Assembly: GCA_030141605.1 (NCBI GenBank)
Contig: JAQGDQ010000769.1
Coordinates: forward strand, 34,823 to 98,822
DNA from: Tubiluchus corallicola
Taxonomy: Eukaryota > Animalia > Priapulida
DNA: 64,000 nucleotides
Direction: 5' to 3'
The position numbers were made by a program, and so were the translations under genes. Positions 12,460 through 25,182 of the stretch are shown here, one piece after another (position 1 is the stretch's first letter; each line of letters opens with the position of its first letter). The notes below the pieces were generated by a model, which did no database searches, had not been told where the DNA came from, and saw nothing but the letters and a program-made list of their open reading frames with translations.

Positions 12460-15444
12460 ATGCGATTAAGGTTATATAATACGAAGTTTGTGTCAAATAA
12501 AATCTTACTTGCTCCGGTTTGTGGTGTAGTTTGCAGTGTTATTGTTTTAGTTGCTAATTATGCGAATTTGCCAAGTGACAACCCATGCTACATGCAAGGT
12601 AATTATAATAACTTGTTCATTTTCAGTGATTAGTAACATCGAGATGAAATTGATGAAAAGTAGTGAACAGTCGCAGTTCTGTGAAATGGATATTTTAAAT
12701 ATCATTAATTAAGATTCTGCATTTAGTACAATGAATTTAGCAGAATCTCATTGGAAATCAACCGTTTACAATTATTTCTCCACCACCATGGTGAATGAAT
12801 CTAGAGTCATGGAACTTTGTGGCTGAACACCTGAAGGTGAAAAGGCAGTGAAATGGTGACGAGTGACTTTGGGACAAAACACAGTGCAATGTTGGTGTTG
12901 CACGAGCTCAAGGGCATTTCAGCAGTATAGAGTGCGCATACTCGTCTTTGCAGATAAAACCTAGGCTCAATACTTTTAATGTTTAACGCTTCCAGCATCT
13001 GTATATGAAAATACAGAAGAGTATTTAGAAAGGTTAGTCTCACAGCTACCCGAAACTCAAACGCAAACACATCCTCAGTCGAACCAACCAAAGCTACTTG
13101 AACGTCTGGGCAATGATACACCCATTTCCTGGTATCCCTAGTCACAAATGTACAAGTGACAGGACAAAATTACCGTGATATGTCAATACAAAAAGCCTTA
13201 CACATTAAACGTATTTGGCCTAAGTCAAACAGCAAAGATAAGTTTGTGCACTCTTTACCACTGAAGTGCAGTTGACCTTGTACAACACCCACAGTTCACT
13301 GTGTTTTGTGGAATTCAGTAACAAAATGGCAGTTCCCTAATATTGACAGTTCTGTTACTACTTACATATTTGTTTGTCTCTTTGTGGAGAGTAGCATAGT
13401 TTCGTGCCTATCAAGATATGTAATCTGTATCGTAAATTGCTAAATTATCTATATAATGCTGTCTTTTGGCTATCTAACTTCTGAATTGTATCTCGCTGTT
13501 GTTTCTAAATTCTGGTAAATTTCTTTGTTTTAGGTGCCTTGATAATGAACAGTTTGTTTCAAACAGGTCGGCAATGAATTTCATTTTGATATAGTTACAT
13601 CTACTTGCCAAATATGCATAATTCAGCTAACACATTGTTTTACATTTCTTTCTGTCAGATGCCAAATTATGTCACCACAGCTCATTGCTCACACTTAGTG
13701 ATGCCTAGGTGACCGAAATGAATTTTTATCAGAAGTTCCTGCCTCATTAATTAATTATGACTGTGATCGCCAGAACTTCGTAAACCGTTAATTAATTTTA
13801 CCAGTTATTACCCATTACCGGTGGAGAAAATAGATACTGAAAAATTTTGGACTAGTTGGGATTTGAACCCAAGTCTGGAATTAGTATTCCATGCAGTACT
13901 ATATAAGCTACCTACAGTGTACACTTTAGAGCTCACAAGTAGCTAAAAAACCAACGACACCCCCTGTACTATTATGGCATTATAGGGATACTTTAGGTAT
14001 CAATATTTTCCCCGTTAAGCTAGCAACTAATGATAACATTAGTTAATTATGACTGTGACTTCCAGAATTATTTAATTACCGATTAATTACTATCGACAAG
14101 AGGTGTACAGACAAGAACAGCAGATACAGATCTGAGGATTATCACAGTACTTCACAAAACATCTTCAAAATTGAAAAAATCTCAGTGACATTTCGAAATG
14201 GGTCAATTTTCCGTTTCATAGTTGTTCACGAAATTTCTCAAGCATTTCCGTGTTGTGCTAACCTTGTTTCAAGCATTCGTAGGTTGTGATACAATATCTG
14301 CATTTTGTGGAATTGGGAAAAAGTAGGCATGTGACACCTATTGCGCCTATCCCAAGGTTACTGGATCTTTGAGTAGTCTTTGACTGAGAGATTTTTCATT
14401 CTCGTATATGGGAAGGTCAAGAATAAACAGATATGTCAGTTTTTTAGACCTAATTATTCCAAATTATACTTAATAATTTTCTTTTCAGAAGATGTGCAAA
14501 AGAAAGCTTGTAACGATGATTTGAACTCACGCAACTTTATTCGTGGGCCATTTCTAGGCCAAAATTGTTCATTCCGGGCTGAGAAAGTTGCTTATCGAAG
14601 AAAAGTGGTAGCAAAAACAGCATGTGAGAGACAATATTCAACTACAGTTTTTGGTGGAAAATTTAACATGTGGACACAAACATACATTGATGACATTCAT
14701 CGTCTGGCTTATTGTTCAATACCAAAAGCAGCAACCACAAATTGGAAAAGAATTTTAATTAGTTTAATGGCTGCTGATGCAAGTCTTGCTAATGATTCGT
14801 TAGTTCAGCCACGTGATTTAGATGAATTACCAGGATACACACCTCATCAACGTGCCCTGAAAGGTGATCTAATAAAACAAATATCAAGATATTCTGTCTA
14901 CTTGCAGTCATTTGTACTAAAAAAATATAAAAAGTTTATGTTTGTTCGACACCCATTTGAACGTCTTCTAAGTGCTTTCAAAAATAAAATTGAAAGTAAG
15001 AGCTTCTCTTATGAAATTTCACGCATGACTCAAGTTCTCCGAAAACAAAACATAACAATTTCAGATCATATTGTAAGTTTTACAGATTTTGTCAGGTACT
15101 TGGTCGTTACAAATCCAAAACTGTATAACGAACACTGGGCTAGAATGACTGACCTATGTGATCCTTGTACTGTTAAGTATGACTTTATTGGAAAGTACGA
15201 GCATATTGAACAAGAAAGCAAAGATTTTTTGAAAATGTTGAATGTTTATCACAGACTACAGTTAACCAAAAAATATGAATTTCACAACACTAACCACACA
15301 ATCAGGTTAATGAAACATTATTACAGCATGTTGCCTAAAAAACTCTTGAGAAAACTGTATAAGATTTACAAAGCTGATTTTGTCATTTTTGGATATCAGT
15401 TTCCTGCATTTATGCATCGATTTGTAAAACCGGGAATCATTTGA
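12460..15444 (+). CDS. Carbohydrate sulfotransferase (Sulfotransfer_2; CHST8-14/HNK-1ST family), join(12460..12598,14489..15444), 364 aa
   Basis: Exon 1 MRLRLYNTKFVSNKILLAPVCGVVCSVIVLVANY...YMQ-g|gtaatt (phase 1) supplies the membrane anchor, and the acceptor ttttcttttcag|aa at 14488 restores the frame. Contains 5'PSB CSIPKAATTNWKR, 3'PB FMFVRHPFERLLSAF, HW...LCDPC...YDFIGKYE and LYKIYKADFVIFGY. Confidence 0.9.
12800..13580. mobile_element. Penelope-like (GIY-YIG end) retroelement relics in the sulfotransferase intron
   Basis: Minus strand IQMLEALNIKSIEP and plus strand ALHIKRIWPKSNSKD resemble the LEAL.I....P.LN terminus of Penelope GIY-YIG domains. Confidence 0.4.
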
Positions 15445-17584
15445 TAACATTTTTTATTGCAATGAATTCACTCACATTTAGTTAATATTTTTGATTCATG
15501 TTTATAGTTAGTTTGAAAGCTCTGTGGGTTCAGTCATGCTTATTGATTACATTTATGAAAAAAATTATTACGCATTGTTAAAAATAAATTTTAAAAAAGA
15601 CTCTTACAACTCTTTGGTATGCAACTCTTTGGTAAACAACTAATTACACTAAAATATTAGCTGATTGATTTATATTGAAACTTGAGTACGATAGATTATA
15701 GATGGCAAGAACTGAAAAGGCTAGCTAGATAAATAGGAATTTATCATTATTATATAAAGCACAATTTAATATGAAAATACTATTTTTGACTCGCTTCAAA
15801 ATTCTTTGTAAGTGTGTCTCGGATGCCATATAGAAAGATATAGAGATTATCGAGTCAACTGCTACTGTTGGGCATACTCATAATATAATGATAACACAAG
15901 TAGATGGAGAATGTAGTTTGCCTTAAAGTGATAAATTTTAGCATTAGTGCACACAAACCCATTTTTGAGTTCAGAAGTGAGTAACACTTAAATACAGGTT
16001 AAAAATATTCAAAAATATAGAAAAATAATTGCATGTACGTGCGAGCATTAAGCTTTATTTCACATCACATTGGCACTCACCGAAAACTTTTATCTAATAA
16101 ACGGAAAAAATTACAAATTTCTATCCAGTTAATCATTTATTCAAATCAAATTTTCAAGACCCAAATTCCTGTCTACATGCACTGCCTATTGTCATTCTTG
16201 AGAAACACGATTCTGACTAAATGTTCTCAGATTGAACTTTTGCAATTTTTTTACAGTATGGTAAGGTTTTGTTGTTTTCTCATAATACAGGCTTTCTTGA
16301 CTTATGAATAATGTCATTTTGAACATTTGTTATATTTTTAAAAATAGTTTTGACAAAAATCAGAATTAATCTACACAAAAGGTTTCTACATAAATGTGTA
16401 CTTTTGCAGCCACTGCTACTAACATCCATATGTTCCGACTCGAGCTTTTCAAGAATGACATTAGACAGCAGCTGTAGGTGGGAACAGTCAGCTGACAAAA
16501 ATGTTGTAAAACTTTCCTGCTTTAGAAGAAATTGTATATAGCACCATACATAATAACAGGCTACAAATGAAAATTCTGTTGGACGTCACAAACCACCTCT
16601 ATCTACTGAGGAAAAAAGGGGATCCATAACAGGAACTGTAGTTAAGTCAAATAGATCCTCATCATATTAGAGGTTGTTGAGATTAAATAAAACTAATGCA
16701 GTCATTACGTTTCGAGGCACTTGCTGCAACTTTAGCTGCATAACCACTTTCAAAATAAATCAACTTTAAAAACTTTTATGATATCTGAAACTATGAGAAT
16801 TCCACAGTTATCATTGATACTTGTGTTACAAGCACTGAATCGTTTTGATATCTCAGATATTTTTAAATCATTAAATTTTACAAGTGAAGATATCTTAATG
16901 CTCTTTTCAGATGGCAAAAGCTGCCGAACAGATATAAAATGATTTCCGCCATCTACCTATACCAGCCAAAGCATCTCTCTATAGGATCACTCTGCAAGTT
17001 ACCAGTTAACAAATACTCAAAGTCTGGAATATTGCAGAAGATATAGTTTGACAAAGCATGTTTGAGTCACAGCAGTTAATGTTTCACGTGATAAAACTGG
17101 GTCCCACAATTTGCAAGATTCTGCAAAATCTTCAATGTATTTTAGCTTTGCATTTTGAGCAGTTGTAACATGTTCGATGTAACCGTTTGATTTTTTAATC
17201 CATCTGTACGTTTCTTTAACATTTAAGTTGTACTAATAATTTCTTGCACGTTGAAAAAACTCTGCAGTCTGTCTCCAATCTGGTTTATCTAGTGAATCAA
17301 CAGACTTTGTTACAAAGTCGTCCTCAACAAAGTAGAGTAAACAAATTCTGGGTGAGTGTTCGGTGGTCGAGCAGTATGCGCGTGCTTGGCTTAGCTCTGT
17401 AAACATGTTATTTTGCAGACTGTACCTTTCTACTGGCTTCGCTAAATTATGAGCTAACCGCCGAATCAACGAGTGGCAATGTAAAGTTATCGGAATTGTT
17501 TTAGCATAAAATTATTAATTATTTCATTACTATAACGTTGGCAGTATTGGAAATTATACACAGTATACCACAGAATACGATTGA

Positions 17585-18300
17585 ATGATGTCTACCACAG
17601 GATACGATACACATCTCCCTGATGAACTAATTATTAGTGAGATTTGTAACTTGGACGTCAGCAAAGAAATTAAGCAGATGCTTCAGACTCCTGAAATTTT
17701 ACAAGCATTTTCAACGGTTGTGAGTTCATTGGTTCCTAAAATTACTATGAAGCAGATCGAGGAGGAGTTGGTATAAATGCGTAAAGAGATTAAATACCTT
17801 CGTCAAAAGACCAATAACTTGGAGCACTACAGGAGAAGATGCAGTGTTAGATTTTTTGAGATGCCTGAAAGAGAAGATGAAAACGTTACTGAAATGGTGA
17901 TGAACTTTTGAAACGAAGTTCTTCAATTAGATCATATAAAGACGGAATCTATTGAGAGGAGCCATCGCACTGGGAAAGCAAGAGATGGTAAGCACAGAGC
18001 GATATTAAGCAATTTCATTCGTTATGATTATAAGCGGGGCGTGATTCTTGCAGTTAGAAATCTTATAAAGGAATGCCTTATCTAAAAGTGTACGAGGACT
18101 TAACCAGATCAAACATGGAAGTGGTTCGAAAAGCCCTAAAGTTACGCGACAAAAAGAAAGTCCATAGTGATTGGACGGCCTGACGGAAAAGTAATGATTA
18201 AGAACAATAGCAATAGAATCGTCTCTATAAATAATTTGTCCGAGCTGCGTGAAGCATTTAGAGACGATGCGTTTGAATCATGTATTGTAGAACAAAGCGC
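17585..18300 (+). pseudogene. Frameshifted LINE ORF1 (coiled-coil/RRM-type) remnant
   Basis: Fragments EKEDENVTEMVM, IERSHRTGK, VYEDLTRSN and DGKVMIK, typical of CR1/L1-like ORF1; lies upstream of the ORF2 relic. Confidence 0.6.
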
Positions 18301-19249
18301 CCTCAACTGCTTCAAATAAGCTGCCACGAAGTGACATGAGGTGTATTGGGATGTCCGCCAGTGAGTCATTAAGTCTACCACACCATGGATAGCTGCTGGG
18401 GTTCGTCAACGTCAATCTTGCGGAAACCACCGACTTCTTAGAAGCCTCTACAATCTACTCGTCACTGTTCAGTTGGAGTACCAGTAAAGTACTTTTTCGG
18501 ACTTTGCCTACTTTTAGTGAATTGTCTCTCTTGGGTAAGCCATATAAAAGCAGCATATTATTATTTTTCCTTTCTTACTTAAGTAATAACCTTATGTTGC
18601 GCTTGACATTATTTTGAATTTGATACCGTATAGATACGTGTAATTTGTTGGTGTATGGTTAGTAGTCATAATATTCAGTGTTTAGAATGATTATATTCAG
18701 AATTTGATGACTGCAAAATTTGCTGTAGAAATCGACGCATTAATTTAAAAACATAGACAGTACTTTTGTAGTTTACTGTAATTTACTAATATTACTGGAG
18801 ATTGGCCCGCTTAAAAATTATATCCCTATAGGCATCACTATCAGCTGGTATGTATTAATATAAGCATGCAAGATTATAGTGATATAAAACTACCTGCAAA
18901 CCTCTGTATATAGATTTAAAGTTAACCTTGGAAGTATTGTACTAGTTGTCTGGTATACAATAATTCTGACCTTGCACGCGTTAAACGATGTGTGAAATCT
19001 TTAACTTCGGTAATTTGTTGTGTCTGTGTAACACACACACATATATATATATACATTTGTAGAAATGTAATCTGTTTACACGATGTATATATAAATATAT
19101 AGATATTTAGTTATATATATTGTAACTCAATTAACCCAATTAGGCATTCAAGCATGTAAAGCAATCCCTGTATCACCATATGGACATGGCTAGGAACAGG
19201 AACCTCAGTCACAACCAGTAGAAAAATCTGATGTTCGTAATAATTTTGA

Positions 19250-21990
19250 TACTGTTTCATTTTATTATTGTAATTCTCATAGTCTTGTTAATAAGAAATC
19301 TCAGTTTTACTAATTGTTAACTGGTGAGGTGGATATTGCATTAATAACTAAAACTTGGTTTACAGATACTGTTACTAATGGAATGTTTAATGACTATGGG
19401 AATTATAATGTTTTCTAAAAAGACAGGGGCTCAAGGTGTGCTGGCACTGCAGCTTTTATGAAAAAAGGTTTACATGCAAACTTAGTTTCTTGTTAAGACT
19501 GCTATAAGCACCTTGAAACTCTAACTATTGACATTACTGGTGAATTTCGTATGATTATTAATTTATCGTCCACCCAGTATGAGCATAGAAACGTCAAAAC
19601 TGCCGTGGAATTATTTATCAGAAATGTGTGACATTGTTAAACCTGTCATTATTACAGGGGAATTTAACTTCCCTTTCATAACTTGGTTAGAAAATCTTTC
19701 ATCACCAGACACTGCGCAATGCAATTTATTTATTCACACTGTAACTAATTTACGGCTTTAACAATTTGTTACTGAACCAACTCGTGCTGATTCAACGACT
19801 GGAACTTGTTCTTTCTTAGATTTATTGTTCTGCACAGATGAGGCATTTGTTTTTGATGTTAATGTTGCAGAACCTGTGATTACGGCTGACTATTCAGCAG
19901 TTGTTTTTTGAATACCAAAGCTTATTGTACACTAATGTGATTACATTGTTACGATACTTTCGATTCCTGTGTTTCTACACAAAGTTTGTGGGACAGGTTC
20001 TACAACATAATCCATGAAGCCATTGACAACAACGTCCTCTGCATGGCCTAGCATGCATAAAGGTAAAAAGAAACATAATACTAATTACCCTCCTAATCTG
20101 AAACTCATAATCGGTAAGAAGCGCTAGCTTTATTCAAAACGTAATAATTCTGCTGAAAATAAGAGAGCGACTCTGTATAGAAAATTTAAAAAAGGAAACT
20201 TAAAAAAATTTAAAATAGGCGAGTTACTATTCGTGAACACAGAGTTTTAGCTAGTATTAATCGTAATAAATTATTTAAGTGCGTTCATAAAACAAGATGT
20301 AATGATAAAGGTGTAGCGCCTTTAAAAGATAAGCAAGGTAACATTGTTGTCGCTGATCTAGAAAGAGCTAAAATGACTATTTTAGTAAATTTTTCACTAT
20401 TGATGATGGCAAGAAACCGTCGATTTCACAAAAAAACACCTTCTGCAATTTAATTACATTAATTGAATTTTTGTTGTACGATATGTTGTACAATTTAATT
20501 AGTATCCTTGAGCGGTTGTGTCCGTAAAGCCATTCAAAAAAGTAAATCTAAAAAAAGTCGTACGCCTGGCTGTTTAAGCAGGCCATTGTTTTCAAGCAGT
20601 TGATTGATGTAATCTGTTTATCTTTATCCATGCTTTTTAATGTCTCTTTTAGTCAAGACAGCCTCCCATATGAATGGAAAATAGCAGAGGTATTACTCAT
20701 GTACAAAAGAGGGGAAAGTTCAGACCCGAGCAACTGTAGACCTATTTCTGTTACTTCGATATAAAATCATTGAAATTTGTATTTGTGCTGAGATGCTAGC
20801 ACTTCTTATTAGGCATAATGTAGTAAGTAAGCACCAGCCTGGGTTTTTATCAAAACATTCATCATGCATACATTTATTAGGATCAATTTATAATTGGACT
20901 GTTGCTTTAGATAAAAAAATCTGTTTATATTGTATATATTGATTTCAAAAAAGGTTTTAATTCAGTCAGCCAACATAAATTACTAATTAAGTTGGAACTT
21001 GTGGCATATGTGGCCTACTGTTTGATTGGATTACACGTTTCTTAACAGGGCGTTTACAAAAAGTTGTTAGGGCAAAAGTTCTTCTATTTATGTACAAGTA
21101 ACTTTAGGATTAGCTCAGAACAGCGTTCTGGGCCCCCTACTGTTTATATTGTTTGTAAATGATCTGCCTGATGTCATTGGTAGTTCTTATTGTAAACAAT
21201 ATGCAGCTGATGTGAAATTATATCACCGTGCTGACACTGGAAGTAATAATATTCGGAATGTAAAAATGTATTTCCTAGTAGTCTAAATAACTGCCAAATT
21301 CAGTAAATAAATGCTCTGTTCTACATATAGGATGCAAAAACACTATCCATAACTATAAAATGGAAAGTACTAATCTTACACTAAAGGACAAAGTGTTAGA
21401 TCTCGAACTCACAGTTAGCAAAAATCGAAAATTTTCAACTCATTGTCTTGATATCTGTGCTATGGCAGATCGTGTAAGCTTTTCAATGCTTTGTTGCGCT
21501 GATAAGCTGCATGCTTACAGTCTACAAAACAATAATCCTGGAGTCCCTACCTTCTGAAGGATATAGATCTTGTGGAAAATGTATAATATTCACGTGCAGA
21601 CTTTTTGCTAGATGTAAGTTAAACTCCACGTCATGCCCAAGTAAATTATAAATACTCAAAATGGAACGCCTAGAATTAAAACGCATTTATAATGATCTAA
21701 ATATGTGCAATAGCATAATTCATGATGATATATCAATCTCGAGTAAATATTTTTTAACTTTGCACCACTTGCAAATACTACAAGAATTGCTTTTAACATT
21801 TCTTCGGCAACAGAGTTGTAAGTTTATGAAATAAACTACCACCTTATGTGAACGGTGCTCCAACTGTAAATGTTGGCAACGGAAAAGTATTTAGAAAACG
21901 GCTATGTCACTTTGATTTTAGCAAAATTTTACTTTTTTATATCTTTAGACGCATTAACCAACATTAAAATGAAAATGAACAACCAACATA
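19250..21990 (+). mobile_element. Degenerate CR1-type LINE ORF2 (AP endonuclease + reverse transcriptase)
   Basis: Recognisable broken motifs: IITGEFNFPFITW, QFVTEPTR...LDLLF, EWKIAEV...KRGESSDPSNCRPISVTS, Q.SVLGPLLFILFVNDLPD, YAADVKLY and LERLELKRI..DL-like. Many stops and frameshifts. Confidence 0.88.
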
Positions 21991-22647
21991 AATTTTATAC
22001 TTTTTATTGCATGTAAGTTACTTGTGTGTCAAAGTACGTCTAATCTTAGTTAAGTGAAATATTGGTCTCATATGGCTCAAGGCTGAGCTTCAATTAGATG
22101 TAGTTGCGTTATTTCCGCCTGAATATCTTATTAATGAAACGAAAATAAGGTTTATCCATATTTACTATAACATTGTTACTTTTAAATGTAGCATAAGCTG
22201 AGAACAGGCTAAAACATTAAATTGGGACCAAGCATAAGTAGACCTTGTACAAATTTACATTCAATTTCACTTTTAATCTAAAATTTGAGTTTTGTTTTCA
22301 CGGAATGCAACACTAGATAAAGTCTAAATGCGTGTTTATGTTTATTCATCCGAAACTTTTCATTATTATTTGGCGTTACTAGTATAACTGAAAACCCTCC
22401 TACAACAATATTCTTCAGACAACAGCACACAATATATATATATAGGTGTTCTACGCACGACCATAATCATTCCTTTCACAAAATAGCTGCAAAGACTGTG
22501 TAAAGAATGCGCATTTCAAAAATAGACTAATACATAGCAATATATTTGTTGAATTTTGTGAATAGATGCGTATACGATCAGAACTATTCAGAACACAATA
22601 GCTGCTAACTGAGTTTTTTAAGAGCTACTGAACTATCTAAAAGACTG

Positions 22648-23682
22648 ATGAAGCTATCTAAACATTACATGAATGTGTTGACACGGCGTGCTTTACAATT
22701 CTTAGGACACGGTTGCTGGTTCTCTTGTTGCTGGTTTCTTATCTGGATGTCTTGGCATGAAAACAACAAATTTAGAGATCAAGTGAACATTAGCAATAAC
22801 AGATTACACTACACTAACCAAACTGAACGAAAGAGTTTGAAAGCAATACATGTGTTTGTATTAGGAAAGATTTCTCAACGAGTTGGATTAGGAAATAAAA
22901 TGTTTAACTATGCTTCAATGTATGGTATTGCCCGTACAAATAACATGAAACAAAGTGTTATGCAAGATGATGAAATAGTGTCTGTGTTTCCCAAACTCAA
23001 CGCTACGCACCTCAGTGATACAGACTTTAAAGAGGGTAATTTTCTTAAGGTGACAGCTAGAAGCTGCTGCTCGTATGATCCCATCATGAAACAATTACCG
23101 CAGCATCGTAATACATCCATTGGAGAGCGAATGCTCATCTCTTATCGTTATTTCCATCATGTTAAAGAAGAAATTCGCGCTCAATTTCAATTCCCAGTCC
23201 AAACAATTTTGCGTGCTCGAACTTTGGTAGCAAATCTGTGCACAGTCAAAGAAATTCCTAATTGTCACGAAATGACAACAGTGGGAGTGCACGTTCGAAG
23301 GGGAGACTTCAATTCTCCCAGGTCAAGTAAATATGGACGGCGTACATCAAGTGTTGATTATATTAAGCGCGCAATGAGCTTTTTCAAAAGCAGGTATCAT
23401 GATGTTGTATTCATAGTGGCTGGTGACGACCCAAGGTGGTGTGTGGAGAACCTTAATTTCCCAGATACAGTCGTTGTTGAAAGCAATGAACCAAAGATTG
23501 ACTTGTGCATTTTATCTCATTGTGATCACGTGATAATGACTGTTGGAACATTTGGTTGGTGGGCTGGTTATCTTTGCAAAGGAACCGTTGTTTATGACAG
23601 GGATTCAGCAGAACCCGGATCTCGTTTTGACTCTTTACTGCGCGTTGACGATCGCTACCCTGAAGAATGGATTACTATGTAG
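22648..23682 (+). CDS. GT11 alpha-1,2-fucosyltransferase-like protein, copy B, single coding exon, 344 aa
   Basis: Anchor FLGHGCWFSCCWFLIWMSW; motifs GLGNKMFNYASMYGIA, VGVHVRRGDF, FIVAGDD and CDHVIMTVGTFGWWAGYL; C-terminal YPEEWITM. Confidence 0.95.
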   Translation: MKLSKHYMNVLTRRALQFLGHGCWFSCCWFLIWMSWHENNKFRDQVNISNNRLHYTNQTERKSLKAIHVFVLGKISQRVGLGNKMFNYASMYGIARTNNMKQSVMQDDEIVSVFPKLNATHLSDTDFKEGNFLKVTARSCCSYDPIMKQLPQHRNTSIGERMLISYRYFHHVKEEIRAQFQFPVQTILRARTLVANLCTVKEIPNCHEMTTVGVHVRRGDFNSPRSSKYGRRTSSVDYIKRAMSFFKSRYHDVVFIVAGDDPRWCVENLNFPDTVVVESNEPKIDLCILSHCDHVIMTVGTFGWWAGYLCKGTVVYDRDSAEPGSRFDSLLRVDDRYPEEWITM

Positions 23683-23707
23683 AATTGTAGTTGCCTTGGA
23701 AAATGAA

Positions 23708-23740
23708 CTAGAGTAGCAAAGGCTGGATATAAGCAGCCTT
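23708..23740 (-). mobile_element. Helitron-like 3' terminus (hairpin + CTAG|T)
   Basis: Minus strand reads aaggctg-cttatatc-cagcctt tgctactCTAG|t. Confidence 0.45.
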
Positions 23741-24374
23741 TACCTCAACTCGGAAACTTTATTAAAATTCAAGGCTTCTTCCTAATTGAATTGCTCCTCC
23801 AGGTTGCATATTCCCAAAAATGATTTGTTCCGTTTCGCTCGTGAAACTTTGCAGGCTAAACAACTGTTATACCAACGACATTCTTGTATATGTAAACTTG
23901 TGCTACAGCGAATTGTGACACGTGATAACCAAACTTAAAGGCAACGGACTGAATTTCGCTGGCGCCATCTAACGAGCAAAACAAGAGAGATCAACTTTCT
24001 TCCAAAACGCCAACACCTTCGCACCAGATTTCTTGTTGTGTAAACTGCTAAGAAAGAGTTAAAAACATCAGAGAGCATTTTATTTCTATTTTATGTGAAA
24101 CTGTAGCTTCGCCGAGCATGCTGTATTTAATCTTTAAATCCTTTAGCACCGTATGTTTGCTTTTCATATGGATTCATTTAAAAAAATGCTCTCAGGAAAA
24201 TAAATAGTGCCTCATGTGTTTTTTGGTAGTTTTTTGTTTTTGATCTTCATACAATGAACTTTGTTCCAAAATTCAACCCGGAACGCATTTCGTTACTTTA
24301 GAATAATTAAACATCAAATTTTGACGAAAGATTGAAAAACTTGTGCCAATTTTATTTAAAACAATAGTAAGGAA

Positions 24375-25001
24375 CTAGCAAAGACCTCGCAAAAAAATTT
24401 GCGTATAAATACAATTATAATCAATAATGCTCGAACATCCTACCTAGTGCTCGTTTATTTTCTTAACGCAAAGCCAGCAGCTTTTACTGAACTAAAGTTA
24501 TAAGGTTATACACAGAGTATAATGGATGACGTCAGAACAATTTGCGTCAGCAGTTTTCCAAGCAAAAATTGCCAAAAATAGAACACCTAATTAATTCGTC
24601 GGCACTCCTCTTGGTAGATGTGTCCTACAATACAGCCCACATCATCGTATAGCCCTGTTCTTCGTCTTTCTAAAGAGTCATATATCTCCTTCCTAGAGTT
24701 ACACCAAGCGCCGCTTGACGTTTTTTCTACAGGCTGTTTGGCCAAAATTTGGAAAAAAATCGGGATTTGCATCCAGTTAAATGTCCATTACTTAAGCTCT
24801 GGTGAATTTTAGATATGCCTACTACACCCACCGTTGAATGGGCTATCTAACCGTTACTGACACTGCCCCTGGCACGTTCCCGTTCTCTAGAAATAACAGA
24901 TACAAGTTTTGCAATTTTTTGCACAAAATGGCCAAAAAATCTGCATTTTGGAGGTTTTTCGCCCTCCATTCATCCCGGTGGGCCCGATTCAAAAAATAAA
25001 C
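24375..25001 (-). mobile_element. 5'-truncated non-autonomous Helitron-like element (same family as 50664..51527)
   Basis: Minus strand ends cgcaaatttttttgcg aggtctttgCTAG|t. Internal homology (gtttattt..gaatcgggcccacc; aattaggtgttctatttt; tgacgtcatccatt) to ~50806..51527. Confidence 0.75.
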
Positions 25002-25182
25002 ATTGTTGATTTTAAGTTACATACCTAAACCCCAGAGAATTTTTATATTTGACTTCTCTTATGCGATGACCACACCTCAAACTAACTGCTTTTGTCCTGT
25101 GTGTAATAAATCACCGTGGTTTGTGTTGTGACTGCAGAAATAGATGGCTTCATCTGAAATGTACTTACTTAACTGTAAATGA

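Noticed and set aside
13845-13925. tRNA-like B box (GGTTCAAATCCC on the minus strand)
   Set aside because: No cloverleaf; at most a decayed SINE head.
14380-14488. ORF-track N-terminus of the sulfotransferase
   Set aside because: TTG start and intronic polypyrimidine tract; replaced by exon 12460..12598.
16560-17470. Possible decayed DNA-transposase coding sequence on the minus strand
   Set aside because: No motif I can name with confidence.
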